A DNA stretch of 64,000 nt from contig OZ024757.1 in NCBI GenBank assembly GCA_964016885.1, forward strand, positions 13,082,001-13,146,000. Direction: 5' to 3'. Both the position numbers and the translations under genes were made by a program. Source of the DNA: Eledone cirrhosa (Eukaryota). This document shows positions 14,901 to 27,500 of this stretch, in pieces. Position 1 is the first letter of the stretch. The number at the start of each line of letters is the position of its first letter. Under the pieces are notes generated by a model that had not been told where the DNA came from, made no database searches, and saw only the letters and a program-made list of their open reading frames with translations.

Positions 14901-15525
14901 CGAAGCTTTAGTCTTAAACTTAAACCCTATCCCGAAGCCTTAGACTTAGACTTAACCCCAACCCCAAGCCTTAGACATAGACTTAAACTTTAACCCAAAT
15001 CCTTAGAGTTAGACTTAAACCCCAACCCCAAGCCTTAGACTAAGACTTAAAGCCCAACTCCAGGCCGTAGACTTAAACCCAAACCCCAAGCCTTAGACTT
15101 AGAATTACACCCCAACGCCTAGCCTTAGTCATAAACTTAAACCTCAACACCAAGCCTTAGATTTAGGCTTAAAATCCAACCCCAATCCTTAGACAAGACT
15201 TAAACCCAAACTACAAGCATTAGACTTAGACTTAAACCCCAACTACAAGCATTAGACTTAGTCTTAAACCCCAACTCCAAGCCTCAGAATTAAACCATAA
15301 CCACAAGCCTTAGACATAAACCCCATCCCCAAGCCTTAGTCTTTGACTTAAACACCAACTCCTAGCCTTAGACTTAGATTTAAATACCAGCCCCAGACCT
15401 TAGACTTAGACTTAAACCATAACCCAAAGCCTTAGTCATAGACATAATCCCCAACACCAAACCTTAGACTTAGACTTAAAACCCAACACCAAGCCTTAGA
15501 CTTAGACTTAAACCCGAACCCCAAG
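11450..15525 (+). repeat. Near-exact tandem duplication, unit 2125 bp
   Basis: AGACATATTC at 11675/13800, ATAGTTCTAA at 12041/14166 and CCAAACTACA at 13081/15206 all give offset 2125. Confidence 0.92.
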
Positions 15526-18500
15526 CCTTAGAATTAGACTTAAACGCCAAACCGAAGCTTTAGACTTAAAATTAAACCCTAATTCGAAGCCTTAGACTTA
15601 GACTTAAACATCAACTCCAAGCCTTAGACACAGAGTTCAACTTCAACACAAAGACTTAGAGTTAGACTTAAACCCCAACCCCAAGCCTTACACTTAGACT
15701 TAAAGCCCAACTCCAGGCCTTAGACTTAAATCCTAAACCCCAACCCTTAAACTTAGATTTAATCCCCAACCCCAAGGCTTAGACTTAGACTTAAACCCCA
15801 ACCCCTAGCCTTATATGTAAACTTAAACCCCAACTCCAAGACTTAGACTTAGAATTAAACCCCAACCCCAAGCCTTATGCATAGATTTAAACAACAACAC
15901 CAAGCCTTAGAATTAAACTCTAACAAAAAGATTTAATCTTAAAACCGAACCCCAACCCCAAGCTTTAGCCCAACCGGTAAACTTAAACCCCAATCCCTAA
16001 GCCTAAGATTTAGGATTAAACTCCAACCCCAAGCCTTAGACGAGACTTAAACCCCAACCACAAGCATTAGACTTAGACTTAAACCCCAGCACTATACCTT
16101 AGATTTAGATATAAACTCCAACGCCAAGCCTTAGATATAGACTTAAACCCCAACCCCAAGTTTAGACATCGACATAAACCCCAACCACAATCATTAGACT
16201 TAGACTTAAACCACAACCCCAAGCCTTAGACTTAGACTTAAACCCCAACATTAAGCCTTAGACTTAGACTTAATGCCCAACTCCAGGCCTTAGACTTAAA
16301 CCCTAAACCCCAACCATTAAACTTAGATTTAAACCCCAACCCCAACGCTTAGACTTAGACTTAAACCCAAACCCCTAGCCTTAGACGTAAACTTAAATCC
16401 CAACTCCAAGACTTAGACTTAGAATTAAACCCCAACCCCAAGCCTTAAGCATAGATTTAAACCAAAACACCAAGCCTTAGAATTAAACTCTAACAAAAAG
16501 ACTTAATCTTAAAACCGAACCCCAACCCAAGCTTTAGCCCAACCCGTAAACTTAAACCCCAACCCGAAGCCTTAGATTTAGGATTAAACTCCAACCCTTA
16601 GACGAGACTTAAACCCCAACCCCAAGTTTAGACATCGACATAAACCCCAACCACAAGCATTAGACTTAGACTTAAACCACAACCCCAAGCCTTAGACTTA
16701 GACTTAAACCCAAACATTAAGCCTTAGACTTAGACTTAAACCACAAGCCATAGACATAGTTTTAAACTCCAACCCCAAGCCTTAGACTTAGACTTGAACC
16801 CCAACCCCATGTCTTAGACATAGACTTAAACCCAAGCCTTAGAATTAGACCTAAACACCAACACCAAGCCTTAGACATAAACCCTTTACCCAAGCCTTAG
16901 ACTTAAACCCCAACCCCAAGCTTTAGACTTAGGCTTAAACCCCAACTCCAAGCATAAGGTTTAGACATAAACACCAACCCCAAGTCTAAGACTTAGACTT
17001 ATACACCAACTCCTAGCCTTACACTTAAACTTAAACCCCAACCCCTAGCCTTTGACTTAGGCTTAAACCCAAGCCTTAGACTTAGACTTAAAACCCAACA
17101 GCACCCGTAGATATAAACCCTAACCCCAAGCCTTACACTTAGACTTAGCCCCAAACCCAAAGCCTTAGACTTAGACATAAACCCGATGCCATAGACATCG
17201 ATTTAAACCTCAACACAAAGCCTTAGACTTAGACTTAAACACCAACCCAAGCCTTAGACATAGACTTAAACCAAAAGCCCAAGGCTTAGACTTAACTTAA
17301 AATCCAACCACTAGACTTATGTTTATACACAAACCCCTAAGCCTTACATTTAGATTTAAACCCCAAACCAAAGACTTAGACATAGACTTAATTCCCAACC
17401 CCAAGCCATAGACGTAGACTTAAACTTTAAACCAAATCCTTAGAGTTAGACTTAAACCCCAACCCCAAACCTTAGACTAAGACTTAAAGCCCAACTCCAG
17501 GCCGTAGACTTAAACCCTAACCCCAAGACTTAGACTTAGACTTAAACCCCAACCCCAAGCCTTAGACTTAGAATTACACCCCAACGCCTAGCCTTAGACA
17601 TAAACTTAAACCTCAACACCAAGCCTTAGATTTAGGCTTAAAATCCAACCCCAATCCTTAGAAAAGAATTAAACCCCAACTACAAGGATTAGACTTAGTC
17701 TTAAACCCCAACTCCAAGCCTCAGAATTAAACCATAACCACAAGCCTTAGACATAAACCCCATCCCCAAGCCTTAGTCTTTGACTTAAACACCAACTCCT
17801 AGCCTTAGACTTAGATTTAAATACCAGCCCTAGACCTTAGACTTAGACTTAAACCATAACCCATATCCTTAGTCATAGACATAATCCCCAACACCAAGCC
17901 TTAGACTTAGACTTAAAGCCCAACACCAAGCCTTAGACTTAGACTTACCCCGAACCCCAAGCCTTAGAATTAGACTTAAACCCCAAACCGAAGCTTTAGA
18001 CTTAAAATTAAACCCTAATTCAAAGCCTTAGACTTAGACTTAAACATCAACTCCAAGCCTTAGACACAGACTTCAACTTCAACCCAAAGCCTTAGAGTTA
18101 GACTTAAACCCCCACCCCAAGCCTTAGACTTAGACTTAAAGCCCAACTCCAGGCCTTAGACTTAAATCCTAAACCTTTAAATTTAGATTTAATCCCCAAC
18201 CGCAAGGCTTAGACTTAGACTTAAACCACAACCCCTAGCCTTATATGTAAACTTAAACCCCAACTCCAAGACTTAGACTTAGAATTAAACCCCAACCCCA
18301 AGCCTTATAAATAGATTTAAACCACAACACCAAGCCTTAGAATTAAACTCTAACAAAAAGATTGAATCTTAAAACAGAACCCCAACCCCAAGCTTTAGCC
18401 CAATCGGTAAACTTAAACCCCAATCCCCAAGCCTTAGATTTAGGATTAAACTCCAACCCCAAGCCTTAGACGAGACTTAAACCCCAACCACAAGCATTAG

Positions 18501-21500
18501 ACTTAGACTTAAACCCCAGCACTATGCCTTAGATTTAGACTTAAACTCCAACGCCAAGCCTTAGACATAGACTTAAACCCCAACCCCAAGTTTAGACATC
18601 GACATAAACACCAACCACAAGCATTAGACTTAGACTTAAACCACAACCCCAAGCCTTAGACTTAGACTTAAACCCCAACATAAAGCCTTAGACTTAGACT
18701 TAAACCACAAGCCATAGACATAGATTTAAACTCCAACCCCAAGCCTTAGACTTAGACTTGAACCCCAACCCCATGTCTTAGACATAGACTTAAACCCAAG
18801 CCTTAGAATTAGACTTAAACCCCAACACCAAGCCTTAGACATAAACCCTTTACCCAAGCCTTAGACTTAAACCCCAACCCCAAGCTTTAGACTTAGGCTT
18901 AAACCCCAACTCCAAGCCTTAGAATTAAACCATAACCATAAGGCTTAGACTTAGACTTAAACACCAACTCCTAGCGTTAGACTTAAACTTAAACCCCAAA
19001 CCCTAGCCTTTGACTTAGACTTAAACCCAAGCCTTAGACTTAGACTTAAACACCAACACCACCCTTAGACATAAACCCTAACCCCATGCACTAGACTTAA
19101 ATCCCAACCCAAAATCTTAGACTTAGACTTAACCCCAAACCCAAAGCCTTAGACTTAGACATAAACCCGAAGCCATAGACATAGATTTAAACCCCAACCC
19201 CAAGCCTTATACATAGACTTAAACCAAAAGCCCAAGGCTTAGACTTAACTTAAAACCCAACCACTAGCATTAGACTTAGGTTTAAACACAAACCCCCAAG
19301 CCTTACATTTAGATTTAAACCCAAAACCAAAGACTTGGACATAGACTTAATTCACAACAACAAGCCTTAGACGTAGACTTAAACCTCTACCCAAAGCCTT
19401 AGAATTAGACTTAAACCCCAAACCGAAGCTTTAGTCTTAAACTTAAACCCTATCCCGAAGCCTTAGACTTAGACTTAAACCCCAACCCCAAGCCTTAGAC
19501 ATAGACTTAAACTTGAACCCAAATCCTTAGAGTTAGACTTAAACCCCAACCCCAAGCCTTAGACTTAGACTTAAAACCCAACTCCAGGCCGTAGACTTAA
19601 ACCCTAACCCCAAGTCTTAGACTTAGACTTACACCCCAACACCTAGCCTTAGACATAAACTTAAACCCCAACACCAAGCCTTAGATTTAGGCTTAAAATC
19701 CAACCCCAATCCTTAGACAAGACTTAAACCCCAACTACAAGCATTAGACTTAGACTTAAACCCCTACCTCTAGCATTAGATTTAGTCTTAAACCCCAACT
19801 CCAAGCCTCAGAATTAAACCATAACCACAAGCTTCAGACATAAACCCCATCCCCAAGCCTTAGACTTTGACTTAAACACCAACTCCTAGCCTTAGACTTA
19901 GATTTAAATATCAGCCCCAGACCTTAGACTTAGACCTAAACCACAACCCAAAGCCTTAGTCATAGACATAATCCCCAACATCAAGCCTTAGACTTAGACT
20001 TAAAGCCCAACACCAAGCCTTAGACTTAGACTTAAACCTGAACCCCAAGTCTTAGAATTAGACTTAAACCCCAAACCGAAGCTTTAGACTTAAACTTAAA
20101 CCCTAATTCGAAGCCTTAGACTTAGACTTAAACACCAACTCCAAGCCTTAGACATAGACTTCAACTTCAACCCAAAGACTTAGAGTTAGACTTAAAGCCC
20201 AACTCCAGGCCTTAGACTTAAACCCTAACACCAACCCTTAACTTAGATTTAAACCCCAACCCCAAGGTTTAGACTTCGACTTAAACCCCAACCCCTAGCC
20301 TTAGACGTAAACTTAAACCCCAACTCCAAGACTTAGACTTAGAATTAAACCCCAACCCCAAGCGTTATGCATAGATTTAAACCACAACACCAAGCCTTAG
20401 AATTAAACTCTAACAAAAAGACTTAATCTTAAAACCGAACCCCAACCCCAAGCTTTAGCCCAACCCGTAAACTTAGACCGCAACCCCAAGATTTAGATTT
20501 AGGATTAAACTCCAACCCCAACCACAAACATTAGACCCCAACCACAAACATTAGACTTAGACTTAAACCCAGCACTATGCCTTAGATTTAGACTTAAACT
20601 CCAACCCCAAGCCTTAGACATAGACTTAAACCCCAACCCCAAGTTTTGACATCGACATAAACCCCAACCACAAGCCTTAGACATAGACTTAAACCCCAAC
20701 ATTGAGCCTTAGACTTAGACAACCCAAACCATAGACATAGATTTAAACTCCAACCCCAAGCCTTAGACTTAGACTTGAACCCCAACCCCATGTCTTACAC
20801 ATCGACTTAAACACAAGCCTTAGACTTAGACTTAAACCCCAACACCAAGCCTTAGACATAAACCCTTTACCCAAGCCTTAGACTTAAACCCCAACCCCAA
20901 GCTTTAAACTTAAGGCTTAGACATAACCATAAGGCTTAGACATAAACACCAACCCCAAGTCTTAGACTTAGACTTAAACACCAACACCTAGCCTTAGACT
21001 TAAAATTAAAACCAGAAGCCCTAGCCTTTGACTTAGATTTAAACCCAAGCCTTGGACTTAGACTTCAACCTCAATACCAAGCCTTAGAATTAAACCCCAA
21101 ACCCAAGATTTAGACTTAGGCTTAAACCCCAACCAACAAGCCTTAGACTTAAATCTCAACCCAAAGTCTTAGACTTAGACTTAACCCCAAACCCAAAGCC
21201 TTAGACTTAGACATAAAGCCCAAGACATAGTCATAGATTTAAACCCCAACCTCAAGTCTTAGACGTAGACTTAAACCCCAACCTCAAGACTTAGACTTAG
21301 ACTTAAACCCCAACCCCAAGAGGTAGACTTAGTTTTAAACCCCAACCCCAAGCCATAGACTTAGACTTAAACCCAACACCAAGCCTTAGGCATACACTTA
21401 AACCTCAACCCCAAGCCTTAGACTTAGACTTGAACCCAACCCCATGTCTTAGACATAGACTTAAACCCAAGCCTTAGAATGAGACTTAAACCCCAACACC

Positions 21501-24500
21501 AAGCCTTAGACATAAACCCTTTACCCAAGCTTTAGACTTAAACCCCAACCACAAGCTTTAGATTTAGGCTTAAACCCCAACTCCAAGCCTTAGAATTAAA
21601 CCATAACCATAAGGCTTAGACATAAACACCAACCCCAAGTCTTAGACTTAGACTTAAACACCAACACCTAGCCTTAGAGTTAAATTTAAACCCCAACCCC
21701 TAGCCTTTGACTTAGACTTAAACCCAAGCCTTAGACTTAGACTTAAACACCAACACCACCCTTAGACATAAATCCTAACCTCAAGCCTTAGAATTAAATC
21801 CCAACCCAAAATCTTAGACTTAGACTTAACCCCAAACCCAAAGCCTTAGACTTAGACATAAACCCGAAGCCATAGACATAGATTTAAACCTCAACCCAAA
21901 GCCTTAGACTTAGACTTAAACCCCAACCCCAAGCCTTAGAATAGACTTAAATCAAAAGCCCAATGCTTAGACTTAACTTAAAACCCAACCACTAGCATTA
22001 GACTTAGGTTTAAACACAAACACCCAAGCCTTACATTTAGATTTAAACCCAAAACCAAAAACTTAGACATAGATTTAATTCCCAACGCCAAGCCTTAGAC
22101 GTGGACTTAAACCTCTACCCAAAGCCTTAGAATTAGACTTAAACCCCAAACCGAAGATTTAGTCTTAAACTTAAACCCTATCACAAAGCCTTAGACTTAG
22201 ACTTAAACCCCAAATCCAAGCCTTAGACGTAGACTTAAACTTTAACCCAAATCCTTAGAGTTAGACTTAAACCCTAACCCCAAGTCTTAGACTTAGACTT
22301 GAACTCCAACCCCAAGCCGTAGACTTAGACTTACACCCCAACCCCTAGGCTTAGACATAAACTTAAACCCCAACACCAAGCCTTAGATTTAGGCTTAAAA
22401 TCCAACCTCAATCCTTAGACAAGACTTAAACCCCAACTACAAGCATTAGACTTAGACATAAACACGAACACCATGCCTTCGATTTAGACTTAAACTCCAA
22501 CCCCAAGCCTTAGACATAAACTTAAACCCCAACCCCAAGCTTTAGACATCGACATAAACGCCAACCACAAGTATTAGACTTAGACGTAAACCCCAACCCC
22601 AAGACTTAGGTTTATATTTAAACCCCAAAATTAAGCCTTAGACTTAGACTTAAACGTCAAGCCATAGACATAGTTTTAAACCCCACCCCAAGCCTTAGAC
22701 TTAGACTTGAACCCCAACCCCAAGTCTTAGACTTAGACTTAAACCTCAACCACTAGCCGTAGACGTAAATTTAAACCCCAAGCCCAAACCTTTGACTTAG
22801 ACTTAAACCCAAGTTTTAGATTTAGACTTAAACCGCAACACCAAGCCTTAGACATAAAGCCTAACGACAAGCCTTAGACTTAGGCTTAAACCCCAACTCC
22901 AAGCCTTAAAATAAAACCTTAACCACAAGGCTTAGACATAAACCCCAACCCCAAGACTTAGACTTAGACTTAAATACCAACTCCTAGCCTTAGGCTTAAA
23001 CTTAAAACCCGAACCCCTAGCCTTTGACTTAGATTTAAAACCAAGCCTTGGACTGAGACTTCAACCCCAATACCAAGCCTTAGACTTAAACCCCAAACCC
23101 AAGCTTTAGACTTAGGCTTAAACCCCAACCACCAATCCTTAGACTTAAATCCCAACCCAAAGTCTTAGACTTAGACTTAACCCCAAACCCAAAGCCTTAG
23201 ACTTAGACATAAACCCCAAGACATAGTCATAGATTTAAACCCCAACCTCAAGTCTTAGACGTAGACTTAAACCCCAACCTCAAGACTTAGACTTAGACTT
23301 AAACCCCAACCCCAAGAGTTAGACTTAGTCTTAAACCCCAACCCCAAGCCATAGACTTAGACTTAAACACAACACCAAGCCTTAGACATACACTTAAACC
23401 TCAACCGCAAGACTTAGACTTAGACTTGAACCCCAACCCCATGTCTTAGACATAGACTTAAACCCAAGCCTTAGATTTAGACTTAAACCCCAACCCCAAG
23501 CTTTAGACTTAGGCTTAAAACCCAACTCCAAGCCTTAGAATTAAACCATAATCATAAGGCTTAGACATAAACACCAACCCCAAGCCTTAGACGTAGACTT
23601 AAACCTCTACCCAAAGCCTTAGAATTAGACTTAAACCCCAAACCGAAGTTTTAGTCTTAAACTTAAACCCTATCCCAAAGCCTTAGACTTAAACCCCAAA
23701 TTCAAGCCTTAGACATAGACTTAAACTTTAACCCAAATCCTTAGAGTTAGACTTAAACCCCAACCCCAAGCATTTGACTTAGACTGAAAGCCCAACTCCA
23801 GGCCTTAGACTTAAACCCTAACCCCAAGTCTTAGACTTAGACTTAAACCCCAACCCAAAGCCGTAGACTTAGACTTACACCCCAACCCCTAGCCTTAGAA
23901 TAAACTTAAACCCCAACACCAAGCCTTAGATTTAGGCTTAAAATCCAACCTCAATCCTTAGACAAGACTTAAACCCTAACTACAAGCATTAGACATCGAC
24001 ATAAACGCCAACCACAAGCATTAGACTTAGACGTAAACCCCAACCCCAAGACTTAGATTTAGACTTAAACCCCAAAATTAAGCCTTAGACTTAGACTTAA
24101 ACCCCAACCCCAAGTCTTAGACTTAGGTTTAAACCTCAACCTCTAGCCTTAGACGTAAATTTAAACCCCAAGCCCAAACCTTTGACTTAGACTTAAACCC
24201 AAACACCAAGCCTTAGACATAAAGCCTAACGACAAGCCTTAGACTTAGGCTTAAACCCCAACTCCAAGCCTTAGAATTAAACCATAACCACAAGGCTTAG
24301 ACATAAACCCCAACTCCTATCCCAACCCGTAAACTTAAACCCCAACCGAAAGATTAGATTTAGACTTAAACCACAACCCCAAGCCTTAGAAATAGACTTA
24401 AACCCCAATCCCAAGTCTTAGACGTAGACTTAAACCCCAGCTCCAAGCCTTAGACTTAAACTTAAACCTCAATCCAAAGCCTTAGACTTAGACTTAAACG

Positions 24501-24574
24501 CCAAACCCAAGCAGTAGACTTAGACTTAAACCCCAGCCACAAGGCTTAGACATAGATTTAAACGCCAAACCCAA

Positions 24575-27500
24575 GCCTTACACGTAGATTTAATCCACAA
24601 CACCAAGCCTTAGAGATAAACTTAAACCCAAACCCCAAGCCTTAGACATAGATTTAAACCCCAAGCCCAAGCCTTAGACTTAACTTAAAACCCAACCACT
24701 AGCATTAGACTTAGATTTAAACCCCAACACCAAGCCTTAGAATTAAACCCTAACCCCAAGCCTTAGCCTTAAACCCCAACCCCAAACCTTACACTTAGGC
24801 TTAAACACAAACCCCCAAGCCTTACATTTAGATTTAAACCCCAAACCAAAGCCTTAGTCATAAACTTAAATCACAACACCAAGTCTTAGAATTAAACCCT
24901 AACAACAAGACTTAGTCTTAAAACCGAACCCCAACACCGCGCCTTAGCCCAATCCGTAAACTTAAACCCCAACACCAAGCCTTAGATTTAGGCTTAAACT
25001 CCAACCCCAAGACTTAGACTTAAACACCACCACCATGCCTTAGATTTAGACTTAAACTCCAACCCAAAGCTTTAGACTTAGGCTTAAACCCCAACCCCAA
25101 GCCTTAGAATTAAATCCCAACCCAAAGACTTAGACTTAGACTTAACCCCAAAACCAAAGCTTTAGACTTAGGCATAAACCCCAAGCCATAGACATAGATT
25201 TAGACCCCAACCACAAGCCTTAGACGTAGACTTAAACCCCAACCCGAAAACTTAGACTTAGACTTAAACCCCAACCCCAAGACTTAGATTTAGACTTAAA
25301 CCCCAAGCCTAAGCCTTAGAATTAGACTTAAATCCAACACGAAGCCTCAGACATAGACTTTAACCTCAACCGAAAGCCTTAGACTTAGGCTTAAACACAA
25401 ACACCCAAGCCTTACATTTAGATTTAAACCCCAAACCAAAGCCTTTGACATAGACTTTATTCCCAACCCCAACACTTAGACTTAAAGACCAACCCCAAGC
25501 CTTAGACGTAGACTTAAACCTCTATCCAAAGCCTTAGAATTAGACTTAAACCCCAAACCGAAGCTTTAGATTTAAACTTAAACCCTAATTCGAAGCCTTA
25601 GACTTAGACTTAAACACCAACTCCAAGCCTTAGACACATAGACTTAAAATTCAACCCAAAGCCTTAGAGTTACACTTAAATCCCAACCCCAAGCCTTAGA
25701 CTTAGACTTAAAGCCCAACTCCAGGCCTTAGACTTAAACCCTAACCCCAACCATTAAACTTAGATTTGAACCCCAAGCCCAAGGCTTAGACTTAGACTTA
25801 AACCCCAACCCCTAGCCTTAGACGTAAACTTAAACCCCCACCCCAAGCCTTATGCATAGATTTAAACTCCAACCCCAAGCCTTAGACTTAGACTTGAACC
25901 CCAACCCCAAGCCTTAGAATTAGACTTAAACCCCAACACCAAGCCTTAGACATAAACCCTTTACCCAAGCCTTAGACTTAAACCCAACCCCAAGCTTTAG
26001 ACTTAGGCTTAAACCCCCAACACCAAGCCTTTGACTTAGACTTAAACCCAAGCCTTACACTTAGACTTAAACCACAACACCACCCTCAGACATAAACCCT
26101 AACACCAAGCCTTAGACTTAAACCCCAACCCCAAATCTTAGACATATACTTAACCCCAAACCCAAAGTCTTAGACTTAGACATAAACCCAAGCCATAGAT
26201 TTAAACCTCAACCCAAAGACTTACACTTACACTTAAACCCCAACCCCTAGCCTTAGACATAGACTTAAAGCCCAACTCCAGGCCTTTAGAATTAAAGTTA
26301 AGTCTTAGAATTAGAGTTAAACCCCAACCCCAAGCCTTAGACGTAGATTTACACCCACAACCCCTAGCCTTAGACAGAAACTTAAACCCCAACACCAAGC
26401 CTTAGATTTAGGCTGAAAATCCAAACCCAACCCTTACACAAATAGCCTTAAACCCCAACCACAAGCATTAAACTTAGACGTAAACACCAACCCCAAACCT
26501 TAGATTTAGATTTAAACCCCAAAATTAAGCCTTAGACTTAGACTTAAACCCCAAGCCATAGACATAGTTATAAACCCCAACCCCAAGCCTTAGACTTAGA
26601 CTTGAACCCCAACCACAAGTCTTAGTCTTAGACTTAAACCTCAACCATTAGCCTTAGACGTAAACTTAAACCCCAACCCCAAACCTTTGACTTAGACTTA
26701 AACCCAAGCCTTAAACTTAGACTTAAACCCCAACACCAAGCCTTAGACATAAAGCCCAACTCCAGGCCTTATACTTAAACCAAAAGCCCAAGGCTTAGAC
26801 TTAACTTAAAACCCAACCACTAGCATTAGACTTAGGTTTAAACACAAACCCCTAAGCCTTACATTTAGATTTAAACCCCAAAACCAAAAACTTAGACATA
26901 GACTTAATTCCCAACCCCAAGCCTTAGACGTAGACTTAAACCTCTACCCAAAGCCTCAGAATTAGACTTAAACCCCAACCCGAAATTTTAGTCTTAAACT
27001 TAAACCCTATCCCGAAGCCTTAGACTTAGACTTAACCCCAACACCAAGCCTTAGACATAGACTTAAACTTTAACCCAAATCCTTAGAGTTAGACTTAAAC
27101 CCCAACCCCAAGCCTTAGACTAAGACTTAAAGCCCAACTCCAGGCCGTAGACTTAAACCCTAACCCCAAGACTTAGACTTAAACCCCAACCCCAAGCCTT
27201 AGACTTAGAATTACCTCCCAACGCCTAGCCTTAGACATAAACTTAAACCTCAAAACCAAGCCTTAGACTTAGGCTTAAAATCCAACCCCAATCCTTAGAC
27301 AAGAATTAAACCCCAACTACAAGCATTAGACTTAGACTTAAACCCCAACTACAAGCATTAGACTTAGTCTTAAACCCCAACTCCAAGCCTCAGAATTAAA
27401 CCATAACCACAAGCCTTAGACATAAACCCCATCCCCAAGCCTTAGACTTTGACTTAAACACCAACTCCTAGCCTTAGACTTAGATTTAAATACCAGCCCC

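Larger units (their letters stand above)
10450..21000 (+). repeat. Degenerate ~2.1-kb higher-order repeat, about 4-5 tandem units
   Basis: The landmark GCCTCAGAATTAAACCATAACCACAAGC...CCCCATCCCC occurs at 10486, 13156, 15281, 17718 and 19805 (spacings 2670, 2125, 2437, 2087). The downstream marker order is conserved: AAATACCAGCCC, CCTAATTCGAAG, TTATGCATAG, CTCTAACAAAAA, ACCCTTTACCC. Confidence 0.88.
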
